The notes beneath the pieces are model-generated. The model was not told where the DNA came from. It made no database searches and saw nothing but the letters and a program-made list of their open reading frames with translations. A stretch of DNA of 33,131 nt, taken from the IMG/VR virus record IMGVR_UViG_3300017773_000067; one strand, given 5' to 3'. This DNA comes from a virus. Numbering within the stretch: the first letter of the stretch is position 1; each line of letters starts with the position of its first letter. Positions 9,265 to 18,696 of the stretch are shown here, piece after piece. The translations under genes and the position numbers were made by a program.

Positions 9265-9872
9265 TGGCTTTTAGCACATATGCACAATTACAATCTTTGG
9301 TTGCAAACTATCTTGCAAGAACAGATTTAACATCACAAATAGTTGATTTTATACAATTAGGCGAAGTTAGATTAAGAAGAGATTTGCGTTTGCGTGAAAT
9401 GTTAACTACTGCTGATTTAACAGTTAATGCTCAAGAAGTTGATGTACCAACTGATTTTTTACAGTTAAGGGAAATTCACTTTGATACAAACCCTATAACT
9501 CAATTAGATTATTTAGTGCCAACAAGTTTTTTTAGAAATGGAAGAGTAAAAGAAACAGGTAGACCAGTTTTTTATACTTTAACTGGCGATAAATTTATTT
9601 TTGGTCCATCACCAGATGCAACTTTAACTGCTAAATTATTATATTATCAAAAACCTGATTTTTTATCTGACAGTAATACAAGTAATGTTTTTCTTACAAC
9701 CTGTCCTGATGCTTTACTGTATGCAACATTAGCTGAAAGCGAACCTTTTTTAATGAATGATGAAAGAGTTACAGTATGGGCAAGTTTATACGATAGAGCA
9801 AGAATACAATTAACAAGTAGTGATGATGCTGCAGAGTTTAGTGGCAATCCAATGCAAATGACAGTTACATGA
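9264..9872 (+). CDS. Putative head-to-tail adaptor protein
   Basis: The N-terminus YAQLQSLVANYLARTDLTSQIVDFIQLGEVRLRRDLRLREM resembles adaptor/head-completion proteins of podoviruses with this capsid type. The position after the capsid fits. Confidence 0.45.
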   Translation: MAFSTYAQLQSLVANYLARTDLTSQIVDFIQLGEVRLRRDLRLREMLTTADLTVNAQEVDVPTDFLQLREIHFDTNPITQLDYLVPTSFFRNGRVKETGRPVFYTLTGDKFIFGPSPDATLTAKLLYYQKPDFLSDSNTSNVFLTTCPDALLYATLAESEPFLMNDERVTVWASLYDRARIQLTSSDDAAEFSGNPMQMTVT

Positions 9873-11290
9873 AATCAATAACACTAGGTGAATGGTTGCC
9901 AGATCAACCACCGATTGCAGGTGCTTTAGTTGAAGCTAAAAACGTTATACCAAACCAAATAGGTTATGCACCTTTGCCCTCTGTTTCTGCCATTAGTAAT
10001 GATGCTGCAGATACACTTAATGGAGTTTTTGGTGGTAGATTCGGAACAACTACAAAAGTATTTGCTACATCTAGTACAAAAGTATTTCAATATAGTAGTT
10101 CAAATTTAAATTTAACAAATGTAAGTAGGTCAGGAAATTATTCTGCAAGTCCAACTGGCAGGTGGTCTTTTGCACAATTTGGTAAAGTTGTACTAGCTGC
10201 AAATGGAGTGGAGCCACTACAAGGATTTACCCTTGATTCTTCTAGTACCTTTCTTAATGTGGCTAGTGCAGCACCAACAGCATCGTTTGTTTCTGTTGTA
10301 AGGGATTTTGTTGTATGTGGAAAAATACCTAGTAATCCTAACAGAGTTTTATGGTCAGATATAAATGATGAAACTGATTGGATAAGTGGTGGTGCAAGTC
10401 AGTCTGATTTTCAAGACCTCCCCGATGGGGGGAACATCGTTGGAGTACAAGGTGGTGAATTTGGATTAATATTTTTAGAAAAAAGTATTAGCAGAATGAC
10501 TTATGCAGGTGCGCCATTATATTTTCAGTTTGATACACTTAGTAGAGGTTTAGGTTGTTTAGAACCTAGATCAATAGCACAGTATGGAAGTTTATCTTTC
10601 TTTTTGAGCGATGATGGATTTTATTATTGTGATGGACAAAAAATTGTTCCGATAGGGGCAGAAAAAATAGATAGATTCTTTTTTAATGATGCAGAATTGG
10701 CATTGTTGAATACAATGAGTTGTGCTGTTGATCCTGTTAGAAGATGTGTTTTTTGGTTATATACTAATAATTCATCTGTACAATCTGTTTTAATTTATAA
10801 CTTTCAAGTACAAAGATGGAGCAGAGGCGAAACAACAGCAGATTTTATTGCAGGAGTAGAAACTGAAGGAATTACATTAGAATCATTAGATAATTATAGT
10901 GGTTCATTAGATGAATTAAGTATATCGCTAGATGATAGATTTTGGTTAGCAAATAATACTTTACTTGCAGGAGTTGAAGGAACAAAAATAGTTGCTTTTA
11001 GTGGAGCAAATGCTAAAGCAGAAATTATTACAGGCGATTTAACAAATAAAAATAGTATAATTACATTAGCAAAACCTCAAGTAGATAATGGAACTGCAAG
11101 TGTAGCTGTGGCAAGTCGAGATAGATTAGATAGTGCTATATCTTTTGGTGATGCAAGTGAAGCAGATAGCGAAAATCGTTGTTCTTTAAGAAGCCATGGT
11201 AGGTATCATAGATTAAAAATATTACCATCAGGAAATTACACTTCGGCAGTTTCGGTGGAAATAGATATAAAGCCAAGAGGAAATAGATGA
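9869..11290 (+). CDS. Virion structural protein, possibly tail tube/nozzle
   Basis: 473-aa ORF overlapping the adaptor candidate by 4 nt. Assignment rests only on position and size. Confidence 0.35.
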   Translation: MKSITLGEWLPDQPPIAGALVEAKNVIPNQIGYAPLPSVSAISNDAADTLNGVFGGRFGTTTKVFATSSTKVFQYSSSNLNLTNVSRSGNYSASPTGRWSFAQFGKVVLAANGVEPLQGFTLDSSSTFLNVASAAPTASFVSVVRDFVVCGKIPSNPNRVLWSDINDETDWISGGASQSDFQDLPDGGNIVGVQGGEFGLIFLEKSISRMTYAGAPLYFQFDTLSRGLGCLEPRSIAQYGSLSFFLSDDGFYYCDGQKIVPIGAEKIDRFFFNDAELALLNTMSCAVDPVRRCVFWLYTNNSSVQSVLIYNFQVQRWSRGETTADFIAGVETEGITLESLDNYSGSLDELSISLDDRFWLANNTLLAGVEGTKIVAFSGANAKAEIITGDLTNKNSIITLAKPQVDNGTASVAVASRDRLDSAISFGDASEADSENRCSLRSHGRYHRLKILPSGNYTSAVSVEIDIKPRGNR

Positions 11291-11293
11291 TAA

Positions 11294-11617
11294 ATGCTTA
11301 CTAAACTAACATATCGAGTTTTACCATACTCTGGTGCTAATTCAAGGCAAATTAGTGAAGTTGTTAATAATGCAATGGGAGGTAAATTAAATAATACTTC
11401 TAATGTAACATTAACAGCTTCAAGTGCAACACAAACAAGTATAGATGATCCAAGAATAGGTGTTAACAGCGTTTTATTATTTACTCCTACAAGTTCGGCA
11501 GGTATGACATTTCATGGCGATATGTTTGTAAGTGCAAGAGCAGAGGGTAGTGCTGTAATAACTCACTCAGTTAATACATCTGGCGATAGAACTTTTGCAT
11601 TTGCAATAATAGGTTGA
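11294..11617 (+). CDS. Hypothetical structural-module protein (107 aa)
   Basis: ORF in the operon, Ser/Thr/Asn-rich. No motif recognised. Confidence 0.6.
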   Translation: MLTKLTYRVLPYSGANSRQISEVVNNAMGGKLNNTSNVTLTASSATQTSIDDPRIGVNSVLLFTPTSSAGMTFHGDMFVSARAEGSAVITHSVNTSGDRTFAFAIIG

Positions 11618-12012
11618 ACAGTAAATTAATTGAACCACATAATGTAAGAGAAATATGGTTTTACGTGAAACCAAAACTAGAAGTAATATTAAAAAAAAGT
11701 CCAGAAAACTGGATTCCTGAAGATATTTACAGCGAATGTGTTAATGGAAGGTCTATGTTATGGATTGGCTTTTTAGCCGATAAGCCATTTGGGTTTATTG
11801 TAGGTCAAATTCAAGAAACAAATATTTTACATATTTGGTGTGGCTATTGCGATAATAATGTATCAGATAAAGTTAAATGGACAGTAGTAGAAAATATAGC
11901 AAAAGGTTTAAAAGTGAAAAAAATTAGTTTTGAATCATGGAGAAAAGGTTGGGAAAAAAAAGCGAAATCATTAGGTTTTGCTCCCAGAAAATATATTAAG
12001 GAAATATCATGA
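11614..12012 (+). CDS. Hypothetical protein (132 aa), TTG start
   Basis: TTGA overlap with the upstream stop and ATGA overlap with the downstream start. Function unknown. Confidence 0.55.
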   Translation: MNSKLIEPHNVREIWFYVKPKLEVILKKSPENWIPEDIYSECVNGRSMLWIGFLADKPFGFIVGQIQETNILHIWCGYCDNNVSDKVKWTVVENIAKGLKVKKISFESWRKGWEKKAKSLGFAPRKYIKEIS

Positions 12013-12851
12013 GTGGTGGTGGAACGCAAACACAAATACAGGAGTTATCTCCTTCACAGGCTCCGTTTGTTGAATACGGATTAGGTGAAGCACAAAGATT
12101 GTATGAAAGTGCAACTCCTTCTTATTTTCCTGCACAAACATTTGTAGGTCCAAGTCAACAAACACAGAGTGGTTTAACTGCTATGCAAAACAGGGCATTA
12201 GAGGGCAATCCTTTAGTTCCTGCAGCACAGCAACAATATCTCAGTACTATTCAAGGAGATATGCTAGGAGCAACTAATCCATATTTTCAACAAAGATTTA
12301 ACACAGCATCAGATGCAGCAACGCAAAAATATTTTGATGCTATGAATCAAATTAATTCTCAGGCATCGATGGCAGGAAGATATGGTTCAGGTGCAATGGG
12401 TCAACTACAAGATCGAGCAACGGGGCAATTCACAAAATCTTTAACAGATACAGCAGGTGCATTAGCGTTTGATAACTTTGCAAGAGAAAGACAAAATCAA
12501 CTTATGGCTGCCCAACAAGCACCAATGTTAGCACAACAAGATTATGCTGATATTGGTCAATTATTACAAACAGGTCAAATAGCAGAGGGATATCAGCAAC
12601 AAGCGTTACAAGATGCAATTAACAGATTTGATTTCCAACAAAATATTCCTCAACAAAACTTGCAAAACTTTTTAACTGCTGCATATGGCGCACCTATGGG
12701 TGGAAGAACTACGGCTCAAGTTCCTAGAGGGGGTATTCAAGGTTTACTAGGAGGGGCATTAGCAGGAGGCGCATTAGCTAGTTCTATTCCTGCACTTGGT
12801 CCTTATGCAATGCCAATAGCAGCAGGAACAGCACTATTAGGGGCATTATAA
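12009..12851 (+). CDS. Putative internal virion/ejection protein 1
   Basis: Gln-rich, with a Gly/Ala zipper-like hydrophobic C-terminus (GGIQGLLGGALAGGALASSIPALGPYAMPIAAGTALLGAL). It lies between tail-tube and fibre genes, as podovirus ejection proteins do. Confidence 0.4.
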   Translation: MSGGGTQTQIQELSPSQAPFVEYGLGEAQRLYESATPSYFPAQTFVGPSQQTQSGLTAMQNRALEGNPLVPAAQQQYLSTIQGDMLGATNPYFQQRFNTASDAATQKYFDAMNQINSQASMAGRYGSGAMGQLQDRATGQFTKSLTDTAGALAFDNFARERQNQLMAAQQAPMLAQQDYADIGQLLQTGQIAEGYQQQALQDAINRFDFQQNIPQQNLQNFLTAAYGAPMGGRTTAQVPRGGIQGLLGGALAGGALASSIPALGPYAMPIAAGTALLGAL

Positions 12852-14245
12852 TGAAAAACTTTTTTCAATCTTTATTTGGTGCTTCACAAAACAATTTAAA
12901 CAGAAATCAAGCACAAAATATGTATAGACAAAGTTTGCTTGATGATTTGTTAAAAGCACAGGCTATGAATAAAAATATATCACCTGCTATGAATCCTATG
13001 GGTGGTATAAGTGGTTCTCGAATAGACCAACAAAGAAATATGGCTATGCCTAGTTTTGCAACTTCTGCACTTAATCCAACAAACGCTATGAATACTATGG
13101 CTAGGGGAGGTGCATTATCTGGTGGTGGAATTAGTGGAGATAGAGGCGCTCAAGTACGAGGTGGATTATTAGGTGCTGTTAATCAACCACAATCACAAAC
13201 CCAACAAGGATTATTGGGTTTAATGGGTAATCCTTTATTTGCGATTGGTACAGCGTTATTAAATCCTAGACAGTCTTTCGGACAAAATTTACAACAAGGT
13301 TTTCAAAATCTTATGCAACAACAAATGTACCAACAACAAATGAAAAGGCAAAAATTCTTAGATGATTTAGCAGTAAGAAAAGTTGATATAGATGACCTTA
13401 CAGCCCAAGCCGCAATGAAAACAGCAGGAATACCGAAAGTAAAAAGCGTACAATCTTTTGTTAGTCCTGACGGAAACACAACAGTAAATGCATTATTAAC
13501 AGAAAAAGGTTTAATAAATGAACAAGGGTTACCATTTTTTCCGCCAAAAGGATATAAACTTGCGAAAACAGGAGGTGTCACTAATTTCACAGTTGATATG
13601 GCGAAAAATCAAACAGATTATACAAATAGATTTAATCTAAATTTCGATAAAAAATATATTGACGAGGCTACTCCTAAGTTTAGATCATTAAATCAAAATT
13701 TAACTAGACTTAACAGAATAAGTGATATTTTACAAAGCGACGATTTAATGATTGGCCCTTTTGCAGAGCCAAGACAATTTATAGCTAGAGTAGGAGAGTC
13801 TTTAGGATATAGTCAGGAAAATGCATTGAGCAAAACTGCTGAATTGGTACAGGGGTTAGCAAGAGGGCAATTAGATGCTTCAGAAGCATTAAAAGGTCAG
13901 GGTGTAATTTCAGATTCAGAGCGAAAAATTATAAGAAAGGCAGCAGATGGCAATATAGACTTTACAAAAGCCGAGTTACAAACATTAAATAATGCTTTAA
14001 AAAACCTTGTAAATTATAGAATTGATACAATTAAAACTGACGTTGGATATATTACAAAAAGGCTAAAAGGTACTAATCAACCTGTGATAAATGCAACAAA
14101 AAACCCAGATACAAAAAATGTTTTACAAAAACAATTAGATGCAGAGATTGAATTTTTGCAGGATTTATTTTCTGTTTCATCAATAAAAAAATCTACAAAA
14201 AAAGAAGATGAAGATGATTTAGATGTAAAAAAAGGATACGACTAA
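12851..14245 (+). CDS. Putative internal virion/ejection protein 2
   Basis: 464 aa with an N-terminal Gln/Asn/Met/Gly-rich low-complexity region. TAATG-coupled on both sides. Confidence 0.4.
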   Translation: MKNFFQSLFGASQNNLNRNQAQNMYRQSLLDDLLKAQAMNKNISPAMNPMGGISGSRIDQQRNMAMPSFATSALNPTNAMNTMARGGALSGGGISGDRGAQVRGGLLGAVNQPQSQTQQGLLGLMGNPLFAIGTALLNPRQSFGQNLQQGFQNLMQQQMYQQQMKRQKFLDDLAVRKVDIDDLTAQAAMKTAGIPKVKSVQSFVSPDGNTTVNALLTEKGLINEQGLPFFPPKGYKLAKTGGVTNFTVDMAKNQTDYTNRFNLNFDKKYIDEATPKFRSLNQNLTRLNRISDILQSDDLMIGPFAEPRQFIARVGESLGYSQENALSKTAELVQGLARGQLDASEALKGQGVISDSERKIIRKAADGNIDFTKAELQTLNNALKNLVNYRIDTIKTDVGYITKRLKGTNQPVINATKNPDTKNVLQKQLDAEIEFLQDLFSVSSIKKSTKKEDEDDLDVKKGYD

Positions 14246-16263
14246 TGAAAGAAGAGTACAAAGAAATAGTTCTTAAACTTTCACCAGAAGATTTACAGTC
14301 TTTTAAAAATGATGATGAAGATAGTATGTCGCAAAGAGGCATAGAAACATTAGGACAAAATAAAACGCTACTATCAATTTTTAAACGTAAATCTAATGAA
14401 AAAAAAGGTGCTAAATTACCTTATGCTGCAAAATTACCCTTGACTGCTTTACAAGCACCAACATTTGATTTTTTAGATGAAATTATAGGTTCAGGAACTA
14501 AATTACTCGGAGGTGATTATAAGTCCTCAAGAGATATTGTTAGAGGAGCAACAAAAAGTTTTCAAGAAGAAAATCCAATAACATCTTTACTTAGTCAATT
14601 AGGCGCGACATTACCTGCGTTTTTAGTAAACCCCCCTGCTGCTTTAGCTAAAACTGGTCAAACTTTAGGTAAGTTTGCATTAAAAAGACCTAAGACTACT
14701 TTGATGGGTACTGGTGCAGGTACAGGATTTGTTTCTGGGTTAGGGGCATCAGAAGCAGAAACACCTTATGGTTTATTAAGTGATGCTACAATTTCAGCAG
14801 GGATAGGTAGTGTAGCTACCCCTCTTTTATATGGCTTGGGTTCAACTTTATCAAAAATACCTCAGTCAAGATTTACTTCAAGATCGCCAGAATTAGTTGC
14901 AAAGTCTAAAATACTTGAAGCTGTAAAACGTGATGAAATGACTATTCCTCAATTATTAGAGGGAATGAAATCAAAACAAAATATTTTAGGTGTAAGTGGT
15001 GGAAGAAATTTAGAAGATTTATTAGATGTTACTGCATCATTGCCGAGCATTACAAAACAAAGAGTAGAAGATTTAAAAAGAAATTATGCGGGGGGATTAA
15101 AAGAAAGGTTAACTGCAAACATTAAAGAAGAGTTAAATCCGACTGATTTAGATTTTACAAAAGTAGTTCAACAACAAGGTTTAGAAAGAAAAGCAATCGT
15201 TGACCCTTTATATGATGAATTTAGAAAATTTAGTTTTGAAGTTCCAGATAATTCTGCTTTAGAAAAAATTCTAGAAAGAACTAAATCATTTCAAAGAACA
15301 GCGAAACAAAAAGCAGATAAAGAAGGAAGAATTTTTACTTTAGACCCAGAAGTTGCTAAATTTGATAGAGTGTCGGCTACTGATATTGACTATTTAAAAC
15401 GTTCTATTGACTCTGCTATTGGTAAAAATTTGAGAAGTGGAGATATGGACGAAGTTCGTATCGACATGGATTTAAAAAAAGAACTGTTAGATATCATTGA
15501 CCAACAAACAGAAGTAGGAGGAACGTCAGCTTATAAAGCTGCAAGAGATGCGTTCGCTAGTCAAGTTGCAAAACAAACACATCTTAAAAATGGTAGAGAA
15601 TTTTTTTCAAACAATAAAGTAGATTCTACTGATTTGCAACTGTATTTCGATACTTTAAATGAAGGAGAAAAACAATTATTTAAATTAGGTGCTTATGAAA
15701 CTATCCGAAGAAGATTAGGAAAAAATGTTGGCAAAAGAAATTTAATACAAGCTAGATCAGCAGAATTAGGAGGAGAAGAAGAAGTTGCAGATAAATTAAA
15801 AGTATTATTTAAAACGGACGAATCATGGGAAAAATTTGTTAACAACATAGACACAGAAGCAACAAACGCAAAAATTAAAAACATCGGCAGGGGATCAAGA
15901 ACTCTACCAAGACAGGAAGAAGCCTCTGATTTAGCAAGACAGGCAAATGACTTATTGGTTGGCACAACTTTAGTGAAGGCAGGGCAACCTCAAGCTGCAC
16001 TTCCAATTTTAGCAAAACAACCTTTTATAAGAAACTTACTTAATCAAGCATCTACTCCTCAAAATGTAAGAGATGAAATAGGAAAACTTCTTACCTTGCA
16101 AGGAGCAGGAAAAGATTTTGCTTTTATGAAAAATATTGAATCAAATTTAACAAAAAAATTAGAAGAAGAACGATTAAGAAGAATGTTAGCATCAAATTTA
16201 GCAAATTTAACTCTCTTGCCACAAAGCAACATTGGTGCTTTAACTGGTTCTGAAAACCAATAA
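14245..16263 (+). CDS. Putative internal virion/ejection protein 3 (largest ORF, 672 aa)
   Basis: Contains a Gly-zipper segment (GTGAGTGFVSGLGAS...ISAGIGSVATPLLYGLGS). Size and position fit the large ejection protein of podoviruses. No enzymatic motif recognised. Confidence 0.4.
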   Translation: MKEEYKEIVLKLSPEDLQSFKNDDEDSMSQRGIETLGQNKTLLSIFKRKSNEKKGAKLPYAAKLPLTALQAPTFDFLDEIIGSGTKLLGGDYKSSRDIVRGATKSFQEENPITSLLSQLGATLPAFLVNPPAALAKTGQTLGKFALKRPKTTLMGTGAGTGFVSGLGASEAETPYGLLSDATISAGIGSVATPLLYGLGSTLSKIPQSRFTSRSPELVAKSKILEAVKRDEMTIPQLLEGMKSKQNILGVSGGRNLEDLLDVTASLPSITKQRVEDLKRNYAGGLKERLTANIKEELNPTDLDFTKVVQQQGLERKAIVDPLYDEFRKFSFEVPDNSALEKILERTKSFQRTAKQKADKEGRIFTLDPEVAKFDRVSATDIDYLKRSIDSAIGKNLRSGDMDEVRIDMDLKKELLDIIDQQTEVGGTSAYKAARDAFASQVAKQTHLKNGREFFSNNKVDSTDLQLYFDTLNEGEKQLFKLGAYETIRRRLGKNVGKRNLIQARSAELGGEEEVADKLKVLFKTDESWEKFVNNIDTEATNAKIKNIGRGSRTLPRQEEASDLARQANDLLVGTTLVKAGQPQAALPILAKQPFIRNLLNQASTPQNVRDEIGKLLTLQGAGKDFAFMKNIESNLTKKLEEERLRRMLASNLANLTLLPQSNIGALTGSENQ

Positions 16264-16278
16264 ACAAGAAAGAAAAAA

Positions 16279-17763
16279 ATGGCAAAAACGAAAATATCAG
16301 AATATTCACAAACTGCATCAAGTAATACCGATATAGATGGTATTAACTTAGCAGAAGGCATGGCTCCATCTCTAGTCAATAATTCGATTAGAGAATTAAT
16401 GAGCCATATTAAAGATTTTCAAGCAGGTTCAAGTGGAGATACTTTAAGACTTACAGGAAAATTAACAGTTGATAGTAGTGCAGAAATAACAAGTGGCTTA
16501 AGTGTTGCAGGGAACTTTGTAAGTACAGGAACATTTAGTCCTAGTGCATTATCTACAAGTTTATTAACAGCAAGTGGTGGAACAATTGATGGAATGGTCA
16601 TTGGTGGTTCTGCAGCATCAGCAGGTACTTTTACAATAGTTAATGCTTCAACAAAAATTAATGGTCCAGTAAGTGCAGCATCAGTTATAGCTAATACAGT
16701 TTCGGCAGGTAATGTTCATGGTGCTTTTCATGGAAGTTATTCTGGTGATTTAACAGGTAACTTAACTGCTACATCTGGTACAAGTACAGTAGCCAATTTA
16801 ATTGTTACTGGAAAACTAGATTTAGATTCTTCCACTACGGCAACAATAACTGGATTATCTGCTCCGACTGAAAATACAGATGCAGCAACTAAAAAATATG
16901 TTGATGATTCAATAAGTAATTTAGTATCAAATGCACCTACTTTATTAAATACTCTTGGTGAAATATCAGATGCAATTAATGATGATCCAGAGTTCCATTC
17001 TAATGTTACGTCAGCGATAGGAACGAAGTTAGCATTAACTGGTGGGTCAATTACTGGCACATTATCTATGGGTGGTAATACCATAAATAATTTAGGTTCA
17101 GCAAGTACAAGTTTACAAGCAGTACCGAAAAGCCAAATGGATAGTGCTGATGCCTTAAAGTTATCGTTATCTGGTGGAACTATGGGTGGCGATATTGCCA
17201 TGGGTGGAAATAGGGTTACAGGATTAAATGAAACTCCTTCAGCGAGTTCTCATGCAACCTCAAAGGCTTATGTCGACAATATTTTAGGTTCAAGTACAAG
17301 TGCTGCAAGTTCGGCTGCATCTGCATTAGTTTCGGCTGCATCTGCACAATCTTCAAAACTAGCTGCAGCAAGTTCCGAAGCAGTTGCTTTAACTCATAGT
17401 AATAATGCTGCAACTCAGGCAACAAATGCTGCAAATTCGTTTGATGAATTTGACGATATTTATTTAGGTACAAAAGCCACTAATCCATCAACAGATAATG
17501 ATGGTGATGCTTTGGCAACTGGAGCATTGTATTTTAATACGAGCTCAAATACCTTAAAGATTTATACAGGATCAGCATGGAATGATGCTGCCTTTGATGT
17601 AGGAACTTCGGTTCAAACTTTTACAATTCAAGGTGGTTCTGCACAAACAGGAGCAGTTATTTTAACAACAGCAAATATTTCAACACTTTCAGATTTAGTA
17701 TATGAACCTAAAGGCGAAGCCAGTAATCAAGCAGTTGCTATGGCTTTGGTGTTTGGTTCTTAA
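16279..17763 (+). CDS. Tail fibre protein
   Basis: The conserved fibre N-terminus is present (ISEYSQTASSNTDIDGINLAEGMAPSLVNNSIRELMSHIKDF). It has repeated A(T/S)xKxYVD motifs (ATKKYVDDSI, ATSKAYVDNIL), Ser/Ala/Thr/Gly repeats, and GALYFNTSSNTLKIYTGSAWND near the C-terminus. Confidence 0.8.
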   Translation: MAKTKISEYSQTASSNTDIDGINLAEGMAPSLVNNSIRELMSHIKDFQAGSSGDTLRLTGKLTVDSSAEITSGLSVAGNFVSTGTFSPSALSTSLLTASGGTIDGMVIGGSAASAGTFTIVNASTKINGPVSAASVIANTVSAGNVHGAFHGSYSGDLTGNLTATSGTSTVANLIVTGKLDLDSSTTATITGLSAPTENTDAATKKYVDDSISNLVSNAPTLLNTLGEISDAINDDPEFHSNVTSAIGTKLALTGGSITGTLSMGGNTINNLGSASTSLQAVPKSQMDSADALKLSLSGGTMGGDIAMGGNRVTGLNETPSASSHATSKAYVDNILGSSTSAASSAASALVSAASAQSSKLAAASSEAVALTHSNNAATQATNAANSFDEFDDIYLGTKATNPSTDNDGDALATGALYFNTSSNTLKIYTGSAWNDAAFDVGTSVQTFTIQGGSAQTGAVILTTANISTLSDLVYEPKGEASNQAVAMALVFGS

Positions 17764-17775
17764 CAGGAGAAAAAA

Positions 17776-18693
17776 ATGGCATTAGTCGGTGGTAAACTTA
17801 ATATTTCAACAGCGTCAACCACGTTGTTGACGATACCTGCAACCCTAGAAGCATCTTTACATTCTTTACTTATAAATAATCCTACTAGTGGCAACTTAAA
17901 TGTAACTTTAAGTTATTTTGATTCTAGTCAAGCAAGTGAATCAACATTGCTTACACAGACTGTAACAGGGCAAACAACTTTAAGAGCATTTAATGCACCA
18001 GTTAATATGGCAGCAGGAGATAAGATAAATGCTAGTGCTAGTGCTTCAGGTTTAGTTGCTTTAGTAAGTAGTTTTCAAAACAGTTCAACACCTGCAGAAA
18101 CAGGATTTAATGCTCAAGGAAATTGGACATCAACAACAACCTTTGGTCTTAATGATGTAGTGTTTTTAGAATCAGATCGAAATAGTTATTTATCAAGAAT
18201 AGCTAGTAATCAAAATAAAAATCCATCAGCAAATGCAAGTGCATGGCAAGTGTTTGGAAGTGTTGGATTACAAGGTGATGTTTCACTTAGTGCAACTCAA
18301 ACTTTGAGTGGAAAATCCTTTAGTGATTCTGTAAGTGTGTCTGCAGGATTAACTGCTAATACAGTTTCTGATGCAGATGGAAATTTAAGGCAAGTAAATC
18401 AAAGTGGCTCAATACAAAATACTGGGTTCACTTTAGGGGCAACAAATAAAGGCAATTACGTAAGGTGCAGTAGCACCTCTGCTTTGACTATTAATGTGGT
18501 AGGTGGGGTTTTTGAAACTGGAGATATTGTTTCTTTGTTTAACTCTGGAACTGCTGCCACAATTTCATCAAACTTTTGTACTTTGGCAGGAGCAGAAGCA
18601 AGTACATCTGTGCTTACTCTGGCTACAAATGGCGTAGGCAGTATTTTATTTTTAGGCTCGGCAGAAGCTGTAATAACTGGGAATGTGAGTTAA
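17776..18693 (+). CDS. Putative tail fibre/receptor-binding accessory protein
   Basis: Follows the fibre gene and is Ser/Thr/Asn-rich. One segment (GNWTSTTTFGLNDVVFLESDRNSYLSRIASNQNKNPSANASAWQVFG) resembles the W...GD.V...Y...P...W carbohydrate-binding (CBM5/12-like) pattern. Confidence 0.4.
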   Translation: MALVGGKLNISTASTTLLTIPATLEASLHSLLINNPTSGNLNVTLSYFDSSQASESTLLTQTVTGQTTLRAFNAPVNMAAGDKINASASASGLVALVSSFQNSSTPAETGFNAQGNWTSTTTFGLNDVVFLESDRNSYLSRIASNQNKNPSANASAWQVFGSVGLQGDVSLSATQTLSGKSFSDSVSVSAGLTANTVSDADGNLRQVNQSGSIQNTGFTLGATNKGNYVRCSSTSALTINVVGGVFETGDIVSLFNSGTAATISSNFCTLAGAEASTSVLTLATNGVGSILFLGSAEAVITGNVS

Positions 18694-18696
18694 ATT

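Noticed and set aside
16737-17201. Minus-strand 154-aa ORF inside the tail-fibre gene. The other antisense or off-frame track ORFs are treated the same way: 1586..1846, 3238..3435, 3694..4107, 4777..4986, 5140..5538, 6067..6279, 9647..9847, 11844..12035, 13303..13590, 15693..15965, 16059..16379, 16124..16321, 16419..16601, 17216..17473, 21389..21574, 27410..27616, 27704..27904, 27988..28173, 28273..28485, 31592..31780 and 32373..32582
   Set aside because: All lie wholly within, or mostly overlap, longer and better-supported genes on the other strand or frame. They interrupt otherwise uniform operon polarity and have the skewed composition expected of non-coding frames in AT-rich DNA.
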